From Octopus bimaculoides (Eukaryota): 64,000 nt of DNA. Below the pieces are notes generated by a model that saw nothing but the letters and a program-made list of their open reading frames with translations, was not told the origin of the DNA and ran no database searches. Shown here one piece after another: positions 52,335 through 64,000 of this stretch; positions within the stretch are counted from its first letter, which is position 1, and each line of letters begins with the position of its first letter. The position numbers were made by a program, and so were the translations under genes. The stretch lies in contig NC_068991.1 in NCBI RefSeq assembly GCF_001194135.2, forward strand, positions 75,187,659-75,251,658, in the 5' to 3' direction.

Positions 52335-54070
52335 CCTTTCTAGTGATGATAGTGGGTGGTGGTGTTGATGATGATGATGATGATTCAAGCCATTACCTGC
52401 TTTTGGGAAACTTATCTNNNNNNNNNNNNNNNNNNNNNNNNNNNNNNNNNNNNNNNNNNNNNNNNNNNNNNNNNNNNNNNNNNNNNNNNNNNNNNNNNNN
52501 NNNNNNNNNNNNNNNNNNNNNNNNNNNNNNNNNNNNNNNNNNNNNNNNNNNNNNNNNNNNNNNNNNNNNNNNNNNNNNNNNNNNNNNNNNNNNNNNNNNN
52601 NNNNNNNNNNNNNNNNNNNNNNNNNNNNNNNNNNNNNNNNNNNNNNNNNNNNNNNNNNNNNNNNNNNNNNNNNNNNNNNNNNNNNNNNNNNNNNNNNNNN
52701 NNNNNNNNNNNNNNNNNNNNNNNNNNNNNNNNNNNNNNNNNNNNNNNNNNNNNNNNNNNNNNNNNNNNNNNNNNNNNNNNNNNNNNNNNNNNNNNNNNNN
52801 NNNNNNNNNNNNNNNNNNNNNNNNNNNNNNNNNNNNNNNNNNNNNNNNNNNNNNNNNNNNNNNNNNNNNNNNNNNNNNNNNNNNNNNNNNNNNNNNNNNN
52901 NNNNNNNNNNNNNNNNNNNNNNNNNNNNNNNNNNNNNNNNNNNNNNNNNNNNNNNNNNNNNNNNNNNNNNNNNNNNNNNNNNNNNNNNNNNNNNNNNNNN
53001 GAAAAAATAAATAAATAATGGTAAAAGTTTTGAAAGATGAATGTATCTTGCATTTTTTTTTTGTTGTTTTCTTTTCCGTTCTAAGAATGAAAGGAAAAAA
53101 TATACTTGCAACCCAAAAGATATTCAATGTCTTAAAGAATGAAACCATTTTATATTTTGCAGTGATTGAACTAGCATAGATTATAATTATTCTTATAATT
53201 TCCACTTGAGTTCCTATTTCTGATTGGTGCCATTTCGCTTGACAGTTCCCTTGAGAAAGCATGACCATTCTAGCATCTCCCTTTCTCCCCCCCCCCCACT
53301 CCTGACTCTTAAAGATATATACCTTCTGTGCAAAGACAACAGGCGGAAAGGTACCATGTTATTGTTTTTGTTGGTGTTTGCATAGACAATTTTAGGTTTT
53401 GCTGACTGGAAAATGCTAGAAGAGTTCTTTCTATCAGACCTTCTGACAGTTCCTACTTCCTTTGAGATTTTGGTACCTTCAAAGCAATTTTTATCAATGC
53501 CAGATTTCCCACCACCCCAGCCACCCACTTTAACAAGCATCTTCTATTATAGCCCTGGGTTGACCCTCTGTACACTGACTCACACTTCACCGTCCATTCA
53601 CAACACAACCAGTGAAACTAAACCAGGAGTTTCATATTGACCAATTCTTGTAGGCCTAATTTTTTTGATTATTTTTGTTTTACTTTGTTTCTCTCTTTCC
53701 TGTTGAACTTAAAAATATATGTACTTGTTGTTGTATTCATGTAGTTGTTGTAGTCCCTATGACACTGGTCAAAATTTTTAGTCATTGTTAGTCCTTTTTC
53801 AGTTGACATTCTTGTGGTTCCTCTTGAAAATGACTACAAAGTGACCCTTCTTCAGTACTGCATACAGGCCTTCAAAGCTGTCACAAATAAAGCATTATGC
53901 ACCTAACCATATTCGAATATCGCAAACCTTATAAATACTTCTTAAATCAATGAAAATCAGTTCTTCATTGTTCTTGTCTTTTAGAAATCTTTTCCCCCCT
54001 TTTTTTTTTGTCTTTTTCATTTTTTCACCAAAATATTTCATTTTTTTTTTTTTTTTTGCTTTCTTTCCAG

Positions 54071-54660
54071 GTGATTTTCCTCGTGCTTGGTCTCTTCTTC
54101 TGGAACACATTGAATATTCGGCTCTTTGTCCGAACGCAGAGGTATCTCTCGCTGCTCTGAAGAGTTTTCAAGAAATCATGCAAATCAGCCGCGATTCGAA
54201 AGAGAAAACTGAGGACACTCGCAGTGGACGTGGCAATGTGATACCCCCCAGCGAAGAGGTGATGTGCCGATCCGAAGACGAGACTCTCACTGCTTCCAAA
54301 CTATCTCAAAACGAAGGATCAAAAAGTGATAATGACCTAACTCTTTGGTCAACTGCCTGGCGTGTGTGGCTGAATATTGGAACATTATCTACAAAGGCAC
54401 CGTCTGGCAAAAGCCAGAAGCTGTATATTCCTTCGCAGTCCTTTCTCACGGCTCTTGTCCACACATTTCCATCTTTGTTCCACCATATTAAATCTCGTTT
54501 TGTGGCTGCTGATCTGCAAAAGCTCTCAACTGTTCTACGCAGTGCTTTGTCAGTACCAGTCCATGGTGACTTTTCCCCTTTCATTATACCAACATACCCA
54601 GAATTAACGATTACCCCTTTGCAAGAATCAACTCTCAATGCCGTCCAAGTTCTAATTAAG
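54071..54660 (+). CDS. MON2: MON2 homolog, internal exon D
   Basis: ttccAG|GT GAT...ATT AAG|GTcagt. Completes the split Gly codon from exon C. Encodes DFPRAWSLLLEHIE...EVSLAALKSFQEI...YIPSQSFLTAL...LQESTLNAVQVLIK. 590 nt. Confidence 0.96.
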
Positions 54661-57600
54661 GTCAGTAACCCAAATATATTTTAACATGCTACAATTTAAA
54701 AAGACAATTTATTTTTGTAGTGTATTTTGTTTTCTTTTTATATATATTTTACAAAGCAACTACTTGTCAGGTTTTACAATACTGCCTATGTTCACCTAGG
54801 TAAACAACCATTTTTGTGTTATAAGTTATCTACCCAAATACAAAAAATATTGTGCTGTGAAAGAATATAACCAAATGTTTATCAACTAGACCATAATATT
54901 TACTGACAGCCTTTGGCTTTTATTCTCCTGAAAGAGTTACATGCTATTATTTACAGCTTTGTGTGCTTCAAGAACCACCGTTCCAAAAAAGAATTGTTTC
55001 ACATTCTCTTGAATGTTTATAAATTCTTATGACACCAACAACATACAACTCTTTCTGGTGAGAATAAAGTTTCCAAAACAGATTAAAGAAATTTGAAGTA
55101 ACCGATTTATTGCAGATAAATTTTAACAACAAAATCTTATGTGGACCCTCAAGGGTCATATAAACCCCAGTTGAGAGCCACTAATCTACATGGTTACTTG
55201 ACCTGCTAGAAATAGCACTCAACCCTCCCTCATCACAGCTTATTGGCTTATATAAGGAATGGAGTTATTGGATAATATAGCTCTTGATTTGCTGTCTTAA
55301 AAACAGAAAGGTATGGAATGACATTAATAATAAGTCTACTTGCTCTGAGTTGACCTGAGGTTAAATAATAACAACAATGATAATTAAAATAAATCTTTCA
55401 GTACATACTCGGAAGTGAGCCAGTACATTGTAGTTTGACCTTTTAGGAATAATGGTAAAATTTCTTCCTCAAATCACAGCCTACCAACCTGCCATCTTCA
55501 ATAAAAAGGGTGGATACATTGAACAATATAGTGCTTGGTATGTTATGCCCAGAAAAAAAACAAAAAGAAACAAGGATTTGATATTCATGGCTGGAACAAC
55601 TTTGATCATAAACCTATTCAGTCAGAGCTAAGCAGCAGGTTTATAAAGTAAGAACAGCAATGCCAGTACCACTGCTGTGACTTGGCTTCAACATCTCTCA
55701 TTTGCAAATAATGTAGAAAGTGAAGATTGCACTTGGATTGCTAATGGAAGTAATAAGAATTCTATGATAACCATTGGTCATATTGGAAGAAAACTTAAGA
55801 AAAGTTCTCTTATTATAAGAGGAGCAATGACTGTTTGAAAATAAATGTATCAGGATGGCTGAGTGGGTTAGGGTTAGGGTTTATGATTGAGATTGTGGTT
55901 TCAGTCCCTGGATCAGGTGGCATTGTGGCTTTCAACAAGGCACTCAGTTTTGTTATTACTCTCGCTGGCTGTTCATTCTGCACTGCACCCCCCACCTCGT
56001 GACTTGCTGGATGTTCCTCTGCTTCAATTGTGTAATGGCCAGCATGGTATTCATGATTGACTGCAGCATCAAAGGCACCCACAGTAATCAGCAAAAGCTT
56101 GGTATTTGCTGCCCAGTCACCACTCGTTTACAAATGATGTCTTGGTTGTCTGACTGGATCAGGAATTATTATACTGGCAACTGTGTTTCTTTGTCTTGAG
56201 ATTGTATGGTCGTTGTAAATGACTGTTATTGTCATACAAGCAATGACAGCCATTTCTGATATTCTACAAAATATTCACCTTCTGGCAATTGTGCTGGTGG
56301 CACGTTAGAAAAACATTCGAGTGAGGTCGTTGCCAGTACTGGCTGGCTCCCATGCAGGTGGCACGTAAAAAACACCATTTTGAGCGTGGCCGTTGCCAGT
56401 AACGTGTGACTGGCCCTTGTGCCAGTGGCACGTAAAAGCACCCATTACACTCTCGGAGTGGTTGGCGTTAGGAAGGGCATCCAGCTGTAGAAACTTTGCC
56501 AGATCAGATTGGAGCCTGGTGCAGCCATCTGGTTCATCAGTCCTCAGTCAAACCGTCCAACCCATGCTAGCATGGAAAGCGGACGTTAAACGATGATGAT
56601 GATGATGATTAACTTGCTTCGGAGAAGGCAAGCATTGGCAGTAGGAATGGTGTCTCAGTAAACTCTATTCACCCCATGCAAGCATTAAAAATTGGACATT
56701 AAAACGTTGATGATGACAATGACAACGACAATAATGGTCGCTAGCATAATCATCTTTGTGGTAATGATGATGATGATGATGCAACTCAGCTTAATTGCAT
56801 GGCCTCACTAATGAAAACCATTATACAGTAAGTCAAATTTGCATAACAGGTAATAAATCATGAGGTTTCGATGAGTAGCCAGGTGTTTGTGCCTGTGTAA
56901 CATGGCATGAAATTTATAACAAAACCAGAATAAAAAGGTTTGTTTTTATTACTTAGAGTACGATTTGTGTGCATATAATGTTACAGCCAGTCTTAGTTAT
57001 CTTTTACAATGATGTGTATCAGCACGGCAATTATTTCACTGATATCTTTTTGATTTATTTCAATTCCCTTTGATGTTAACTGAGCTAAAACAAATTCATA
57101 TGCATCGATAATGAATGCCACATTATTTTACTCATTAATTCTCATGATGATAACTGCATATACCTAATTTATTTGTGTTTTACCTCTTCCCAAGCTGTCT
57201 TTTTTATTGATACAATTCCACTTGTCCCTTCTGAGCTTTTTTTCGTTTTTTTTGTTCCTTTTTTTCGATCACCTGATTAGACAAGCTTGGCTAGATTCTG
57301 GACTTTTACAAGCTTTGTATTGTTCAATGATAAAAACTAAGGTGATGCAGTTTAAGAATAAATAATGTGAGTCATTCTGTGTGGTAGAAAGCTTGCTTCC
57401 AAACCACATGGTTCCATGTTCTGTCCCTCAGTGCAGTACTTTGGGCAAGCATCTTCTGCTAAACTCTTGGACCAACCACAACTGTTGTAGGTGGATTTGG
57501 GAGATAGAAACTGAAAGAAGCATGTTGTGTGTGTGTGTGTGTGTGACACACCACTATTTGAATAATCAGTGTTGGCTTGTGTCCATTTGACTTGGCTGTT

Positions 57601-57742
57601 TCATAACAGACACTGATAGAACAAGTAACAGTCTTTGAGAAAATAGGTGGTGGGGTCACTTCATTTGACTAAAACTCTTTAAAGTGGTTCTCCAGCATGG
57701 AGTATATATATGTATGTATATACATATATGTGTGTGTGTATG

Positions 57743-57781
<39 letters not shown>

Positions 57782-59109
57782 GAAAGAATAAATAGAGTCA
57801 AAAGGAAGAGGGGAGTATACACATACACACACACACATCATCATCTTCACCATTATCGTTTAATGTCCTTTTTCCATGCTGGCATGGGTTAGACTGTTTG
57901 ACTGGAGACTGGCAAACCAGGAGCCCGCACCAGGCTCCAATCTGATCTGGCAATGTATCTACAGCTGGATATGCCCTTCCTAATGCCAACCACTCCAAGA
58001 GTGCAGTGAGTGCTTTTTACGTGGCACCAGCACAGGAGCCAGTCAGGAAGCACTGGCAATGACCCATGCATTAATGGTGCTTATTGCATGCCACCAGCTT
58101 GGGAGCCAGTCAGGTAGCACTGGCACAGCCTGTGCAAGGTGGTTGGTAGGAAGGGCATCCAGCCATAAAAACCATGCCAAAACAAATGCCTGAAGCCTAG
58201 TACAGTCTTCTGCATAGCCAACTCTAGTCAAACCGTCCAACCCATGACAGCATGAAAAGTGGACTTTATACGATGTTAATATTTTATATATGTATATATA
58301 TTTATAAATGTATATATGTATATACATATGTAAATACGGATACATGCAAGCATGGCTGTGTGCTTCAGTAGTTCACTCTGAACTACATGGTCTTGGGTTC
58401 GGGTCCCACTGTGTGGCACTTTGGGCTGAATTGAAGGACAAGACCTTGACTGGTGCTGACTCAATAGGAAGGAGTTACCCTCTGACTGGAAACAGATTGA
58501 ATGCTTGCAACAGAGGTGGCATCTGCTAAAAGCCATATCACTTTACTAACTGAATGACAGCCATTAGTCTTGTTGAATTGAATGCTTCATGGAACATGTT
58601 CCCCACCTCTGAGTTCAAATCCTTCCTATGCCAACATTGCCTTCATTTTTCGGTGGGGGTCAATAAAAATGAACAAATCTTGGGTGATTGATTGGAAGAA
58701 CTGTTTTAAAGGTCTGACAAAGATATCTTGCAGTATCTGTTCTGGTCCTTTGCCTTCAGACAGCAAGATTTCTGATGCCACTGGTACCATGATGTACTGG
58801 TCCAACTTGTTGACCTTTCCTTTGTATGGGGAGCAGAGATTGGATGTGGGGGCAATTTCCTGTCGTCGTCGTCATCATCATCATCATCATCATCATTATC
58901 ATCATCATTTAATATCCATTTTCCTCACTGGTATGGGTTAGGCAGTTTGACTGGAGCTGGTAAGCCATAGAGCTGCACCAAGCTCCAGTCGTCTGTTCTG
59001 GCTTGGTTTCTACAGCTGGATGTCCTTCCTAACACCAGCCACTTTACAGAATGTGCCCAGCCACTTGTTGAGGCCTGCATACAATGTGCAAAAGAACAGT
59101 TGTTCTTGT

Positions 59110-59159
<50 letters not shown>

Positions 59160-59310
59160 GAGCTCTCCCCACTGTCAACCTCAATCTGTTTTATACCAAC
59201 TTTCACAGTAATAAAATAACGACTAGCTATTAGTAAAATATGATAAGCAGTTCCATATTAGACAAGGACCATTGATCAATACAACACTACAGGACCTGGT
59301 TACAATTCTA

Positions 59311-59368
<58 letters not shown>

Positions 59369-60058
59369 TAGAAAAGCAAACAAACTCCATAACATACATG
59401 GAAACAGAATGGTCTTGTAATTTTCCAAACCAGCAAACTGTAAAAAAAAACAAAAAAAAAAAACAAAAAAAAAACACCTGCTACCAAGTTCAGAATAATG
59501 ATATTCCAAATTAGTAAATGACCCAAGAAATTAATAACTAATCAGATGGAAGGAAATAGAAATGTTTAACATTGTTAACAACCAAAAAAAAATAAATTGC
59601 AGTGATGTAAATAAGATTTTAATCTCTCATATGTGAAATGTCTACATAGGTACAATTAAATTTTGTGGGTTTTTTTTCTCTTCACTAATCACTTGGTATT
59701 GTTTTGATATAAAATTCCATCCAACCTAAGTGTCTGTGATTGTACATTGATAAATATTAAATGGTGATTGGTGTAATGTATGAAAAACACAAAGTTTTGA
59801 AACAAGGAAACTTCACTACTTTCTCATATAATATTCAAAATCGTTTTTTTGTTTGTTTGTTTTGCCTTTATAATAATAATAATAGCATTGGACCTCTGGC
59901 TTTTGTATTTTGTTTGTAGGATTCTTGTTATGAATTTGTATCTTGAAACAAATTTCGGTGTATCTTGGAGGTGGTGGTGGTGGTGGTAGTGGTAGTGATC
60001 ATTATGCCAATAATAAACATTTGCATTGGTTCTATTTTACTTCTTTTATTTATTTATC

Positions 60059-60110
<52 letters not shown>

Positions 60111-61386
60111 GGTTGCGAGCTGGCAGAATTGTTAGCATACCTCAGTCCCAGCTGGTAATCCTTTCCCTAAAAGATGAGATGATCTGGGTTGGAATGCCTT
60201 TAAACTAGCAGTCCCCAGCCAGGGTTCACATAAGATTTTGTTATTAAAATTTATGCACAATAAAATTGGTTTCACTTCTACAACACAAAATATTTCAGCA
60301 ATTTTTTATTGGAATTCCTTATAATATTCAATTATAGAAATGTAAAATTATAATTGGATTTTTTTTAAACATCGACTGGTCATTAGGGGCCCACCCAGTT
60401 AAAATAGGAATTGCAGCGGTCAATAGATAAAATAGGGTTGAGGATCAATACTTTCAACGTTAGTCTGTTTTGTTAGTTTGCACCAATAAACATAATTCAG
60501 AATATTTCTCATTCCCATAATGCATTGTGATTCTTTTAGGGCTCCTAAGGATTAAAAGCAGTTAATTAGTTGAGTCATTAAAATGATGGATAGGAGTGCC
60601 TTGTGGGATTCGTTCTGACAGGATTTTGAGTTCAAATCCCACCAAGGTCATCTTGGCCTTCCATTCTTTCAGAGCCAATGTAAAAATGTACCAGTCTTGG
60701 GTCGAGGATTGGTAGGACTGTTTGCCAACCTCATGGTTCCAGGTTCAGTCCCACTGTATGGCAAGTGTCTTCTACTTTAGCTCTGGGCCAACCAAAGACT
60801 TGAGTGTGGATTTGGTAGACAGAGGCTAAAAGAAGTCTGACATGTTTATGTATTTGTGTGTGTGTGTGTTTGTGTATGTGTGCATGTGTGTGTGCGTGTT
60901 TGTGCTGCACTACTGCTTAACAAATGTTGATTTGTTTATATTCTTGTAACTTAGTGGTTCATCAAAAAGGAACAATAAAATAATTACCAGGCTTTAGACT
61001 ATAAGTACTGTGGGTTGGTTCATTTGACTGAAACCCTTTGACGCAGTGCCCCAGTATGGCCGCAGTCCAACGAGTGAAACAAGTAAAAAAAGATTACAAG
61101 AAAAATGTCTTGCAGTGTTTTTTTTTTCTAGTCTTTTGCATTCTTACATCCAATGCGAGCAGAGACACGACTGGCCAAGCTGTAGCAGCTCTCTGGATAA
61201 CATTCTTGGTTTGGACACAGGAGACTTGCATGCATGAGTGGCAACCAGTGTTCCACAAATCTACTCTGCTTAGGACCGCACAAAGGTGCTGCTATATAGT
61301 GACCCTTGAACTACTGAAGCCCCCTAAAAATGAGTAACACCTTATTGATACATTTTTATTTGATTTTGTTCTCTTCTTTATTGCAG

Positions 61387-61530
61387 GCAATAAAAACCGG
61401 CTCAGATACGATGCAGAACATGTATCCCGATCTGTTTGATCAGCTTCTTATTTATATTGAATATGGTGTAAGACCCCCAAAATATGGAGACATTGAAACT
61501 AAAAATTTCGGATCTGTTAAAGGCCCTCAA
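61387..61530 (+). CDS. MON2: MON2 homolog, internal exon E
   Basis: ttgcAG|GCA...CCT CAA|GTaagc. Encodes AIKTGSDTMQNMYPDLFDQLLIYIEYGVRPPKYGDIETKNFGSVKGPQ (human: [39 protein letters not shown]). 144 nt. The next exon was not found inside the window. Confidence 0.94.
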
Positions 61531-61596
61531 GTAAGCGAAAGATTTTCCTTTCATTCGTTTGTTTACATCTTTGCTTTGATTATATTTCTAAATTAA

Positions 61597-61792
61597 CCTT
61601 TTGGCATCCAGGTTACTCTGTCAAATGTAATACTTCTTTATTCACATTTTAAAACATTAATCGCACAACATCTTGAGATTTGGATGATGTGACGGTTTAT
61701 TTTTAGAATGACATTGCAGGATAGGTGTGAGAAGATGATCTGGCTAAGGATTAGTCTTTTGGTCTGATACGACTGGTTTAAATGCTAAAGGG
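61597..61792. mobile_element. piggyBac-like MITE family 2
   Basis: TTAA|CCTTTTGGCAT...ATGCTAAAGGG|TGAA termini. Confidence 0.7.
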
Positions 61793-62518
61793 TGAAAGAA
61801 TACTGAACAATATTCATTAATTAAATGGTAATTATAAAAAGAATAAATATTAAATAGTAGTTTCTTGGATTTCGGTCCTCCTGTGCTGTGAGGTTCTCAT
61901 GTGCAGCAAGCTTCTAAATGGTTCTCATGCATTTGAAGTCTTTCCTAGATTGTCTGACACCAGGTGTTCTTAGGCTGGCGCTTTCTTTGTGTTCCTCCTT
62001 CTGGTGCCCATGTCATTACAGGTTTAGCATACCTGATGAAATCGATGTTGCTTTGTGATGTTTTGCAAGGGTTAAGATTTGCTTCACTTATGGATCATCA
62101 GATTTTTAATTCAATCTCACCAGGTGGCTTTGAAGAACTTTGATGGAATGTGTTTGGCTTCTTGACTACTTTCATCAACATTTTTTTTCCATACAGCAAG
62201 AACAGAACAACTAGCATGGCTATTACTACCAGAATATCAGAAAACATACATGTTGACACAAGTACAAGAATAGAATGATATTTGTTCCTTATATACAAAT
62301 CTGCTGATAAGAAATAAAATAATAATAACGTTCAGTTGCCATTTAACCCTTTTAGTACCAATCTACCCTGGCACTGTATGGCAAAAACTTCATGGTTCAA
62401 AGTGATCTAAATTTGAAACTTTCCAATAAAATTTCATGTTAATGTCCCAAACACCAGATTGATAATGATTAACATTATTTACATTTGACGGATATTTGTC
62501 CTCATTTTGTTTGTTGTT

Positions 62519-62567
62519 AACACAACGTTTCGGCTGATATACCCTCCTCCAGCTTTCATCAAGTGTC
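62519..62567 (-). ncRNA. Minimal type I hammerhead ribozyme motif (left arm, C3>U)
   Basis: GACAC-TTGATGA-A-AGCTG...CAGCC-GAA-ACGT-T^GTGTT on the minus strand. Confidence 0.6.
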
Positions 62568-62618
62568 TTGGGGAAATTTTAGAACCTGGGTTCTTATTCC
62601 TAAGGTATTTTTCGATGA

Positions 62619-62656
<38 letters not shown>

Positions 62657-62864
62657 TCAAGGCCTGGATCAAACTCGGAATCTTGGGGTTAGTAGCTCGT
62701 GCTCTTAACCACTATGCCATATGTCCGTAGCGTAGTGGTTAAGAGCATAGGCTACTAACCCCAAGATTACGAGTTCAATTCCAGGCAGTGACCTGAATAA
62801 TAATAATAATAATAACATCAAAAAATACGATAGGAACTAGAACCCAGGTTTGAAATTTCCCCAA

Positions 62865-62910
62865 GACAACTGATGAAGGCTGGAGGGTATATCAGCCGAA
62901 ACGTTGTGTT
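62865..62910 (+). ncRNA. Minimal type I hammerhead ribozyme motif (right arm)
   Basis: GACAA-CTGATGA-A-GGCTG(GAGGGTATAT)CAGCC-GAA-ACGT-T^GTGTT. Core intact, palindromic ACGT helix III, one mismatch at the first helix I pair. Confidence 0.7.
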
Positions 62911-63693
62911 AACAACAAGCAAGATGAGGAAAAGTATCTATTAAATGTGAATAATGTACATAATTCCTCATCTCTTAAACATGGAACAATAATGATTAAG
63001 TTACTCTACTAAATTTTTCATTATTTTCAAAACTAATTGAAATGAAGATGACATGTTTCGATAGAAATATAACAAATGGGTTAATCTAAAACAAGAAATA
63101 AGTAAAATTCTATTCTTTTTATAAATATTTTAAAATTTTCAATGCACGTTTAGCTTATTTTGGAAATGTGTTTCTGAATGAATAACTTACAAATTGCATT
63201 TTTTAGAACCAGTCATGGGATTTTAAACACAGTAACTCCATCTTATTAGTCCACACCATTAACCACTCATACAGCAATACCGTTCATTCTTTTTATATTG
63301 CAATATAATCTAAATCTCATTATAATGCTTTCCTGGCTAAATTTACTTGACTTATAAATCCATAGAGTGGATTCCATGTTAGATTGGCAAGGATCCTTCT
63401 TTTGCTCAACTTGATAACAAAAGACTAGAAATAGCATTGCAAGCATCAGTGATGCTTTGGCATAATTTGTTTTCTTTGATTTCAATAATACTTATAAAAA
63501 TGGAGTCTACAGGGCGGCTGACAATCCAGAACTTAAATTCCATTTTGATGCTATCAGTTATGAATAGGGTTGTTCAATAAAGAAAAAAGGAATTTATCTG
63601 TCTGTGTGTATATTTATATATATATATACTGAATATAGGTAAATAAACCTTCGAACAGACGGTCAGCAGCGACGCCTGCAGAGGTACGGCTAC

Positions 63694-63736
63694 TCCACAT
63701 TGATAAGGGACAAATACCCTGAAACTAGTCTGTGGA
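63694..63736 (+). ncRNA. Degenerate type I hammerhead motif of a second family
   Basis: TCCACA-TTGATAA-GGG(ACAAATA)CCC-T-GAA-ACTAGT-C^TGTGGA. 6-bp helix I, palindromic helix III and a GUC triplet, but the core has C3>U and G8>A. Confidence 0.65.
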
Positions 63737-64000
63737 TGTTGAACCAGCAAGGGGAAGCTACTGACCTCCCTGTTCGAAGGTTATAGTGGACACAGGCTTG
63801 TGTGTCACATAGCTAGCTAGAGGCGATGGCCTCTTGGAGCTAATCAACGGCAGCATTCGTCCTCTTTTCCTGGACTGCCATGCTGGCTTGGCAATAACTA
63901 TTAATATCCAGTACCGCTGACGTAGTCTTCTTTAGAGAGATTTAGAAATATTAATATTTCGATTTATATACATATATATGTATACATATATATGTATATA

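Larger units (their letters stand above)
2038..53000. other. Assembly gaps (11 N-runs): 2038-2055, 9836-10173, 18559-18747, 21114-21123, 22569-22919, 32405-33023, 35188-35708, 36942-37172, 42972-43444, 50825-51455, 52418-53000
   Basis: Runs of N, mostly next to microsatellites or repeats. Confidence 0.99.
62473..62988. mobile_element. Palindromic dimer of tRNA-headed HHR elements (family H) with an 11-bp TSD
   Basis: Left arm 62473-62726 is the reverse complement of right arm 62727-62960. TSD ATAATGATTAA at 62462-62472 and 62989-62999. Confidence 0.85.
62347..63080. mobile_element. piggyBac-like MITE family 1 carrying the HHR element as a nested insertion
   Basis: TTAA|CCCTTTTAGTACCA ... 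AAATGGG|TTAA. The halves rejoin at ATAATGATTAA into sequence resembling 9207-9427. Confidence 0.7.

Noticed and set aside
9659-53268. Long X-filled ORFs
   Set aside because: They are open only because they cross N-gaps.
28726-54070. Hidden MON2 exon within the gaps of the 25-kb intron
   Set aside because: Exons C and D join in phase, and the protein is colinear with the homolog (QTI-G-DFPRAW vs QPLGDFSRAW).
55865-55881. Interstitial telomeric repeat GGGTTAGGGTTAGGGTT
   Set aside because: Only two TTAGGG units, inside a degenerate SINE head.
63369-63566. About 65 open codons on the + strand (IGKDPSFAQLDNKRLEIALQASV...) as the next MON2 exon, and the overlapping minus ORF 63267-63485
   Set aside because: No similarity to the expected next MON2 segment (EWVALNYVPFAE-like) and weak splice signals. 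The length is compatible with chance.

Overview
AT-rich, microsatellite-dense eukaryotic genomic DNA with 11 N-gaps. The repeat landscape suggests an octopod cephalopod (inference). The only intact host gene is an internal part of MON2 (endosome-to-Golgi trafficking regulator) on the + strand. It has five GT-AG exons (6377-6539, 11775-12038, 28527-28725, 54071-54660, 61387-61530; 1360 nt, about 453 codons) that join in phase. The gene starts before and continues after the window. The introns are filled with tRNA-derived SINEs, 5'-truncated RTE LINEs, R4/Dong fragments, piggyBac-like and hAT MITEs, and fossil maT (DD37D) and hAT transposases. Nearly all other listed ORFs are microsatellite, N-gap or TE artefacts. 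Most notable: (i) a family of elements that combine a tRNA-like Pol III head with a minimal type I hammerhead ribozyme (HHR) motif, always with an inverted copy of their own 3' end (best copy 62473-62988, 11-bp TSD; others near 16.3 kb and 45.0 kb); (ii) an unrelated HHR motif inside a long hairpin at 63.65-63.78 kb; (iii) a decayed, unidentified antisense protein-coding region at 1-3576 whose frame is restored when a SINE is removed. None of the ribozyme motifs can be shown to be active from sequence alone.
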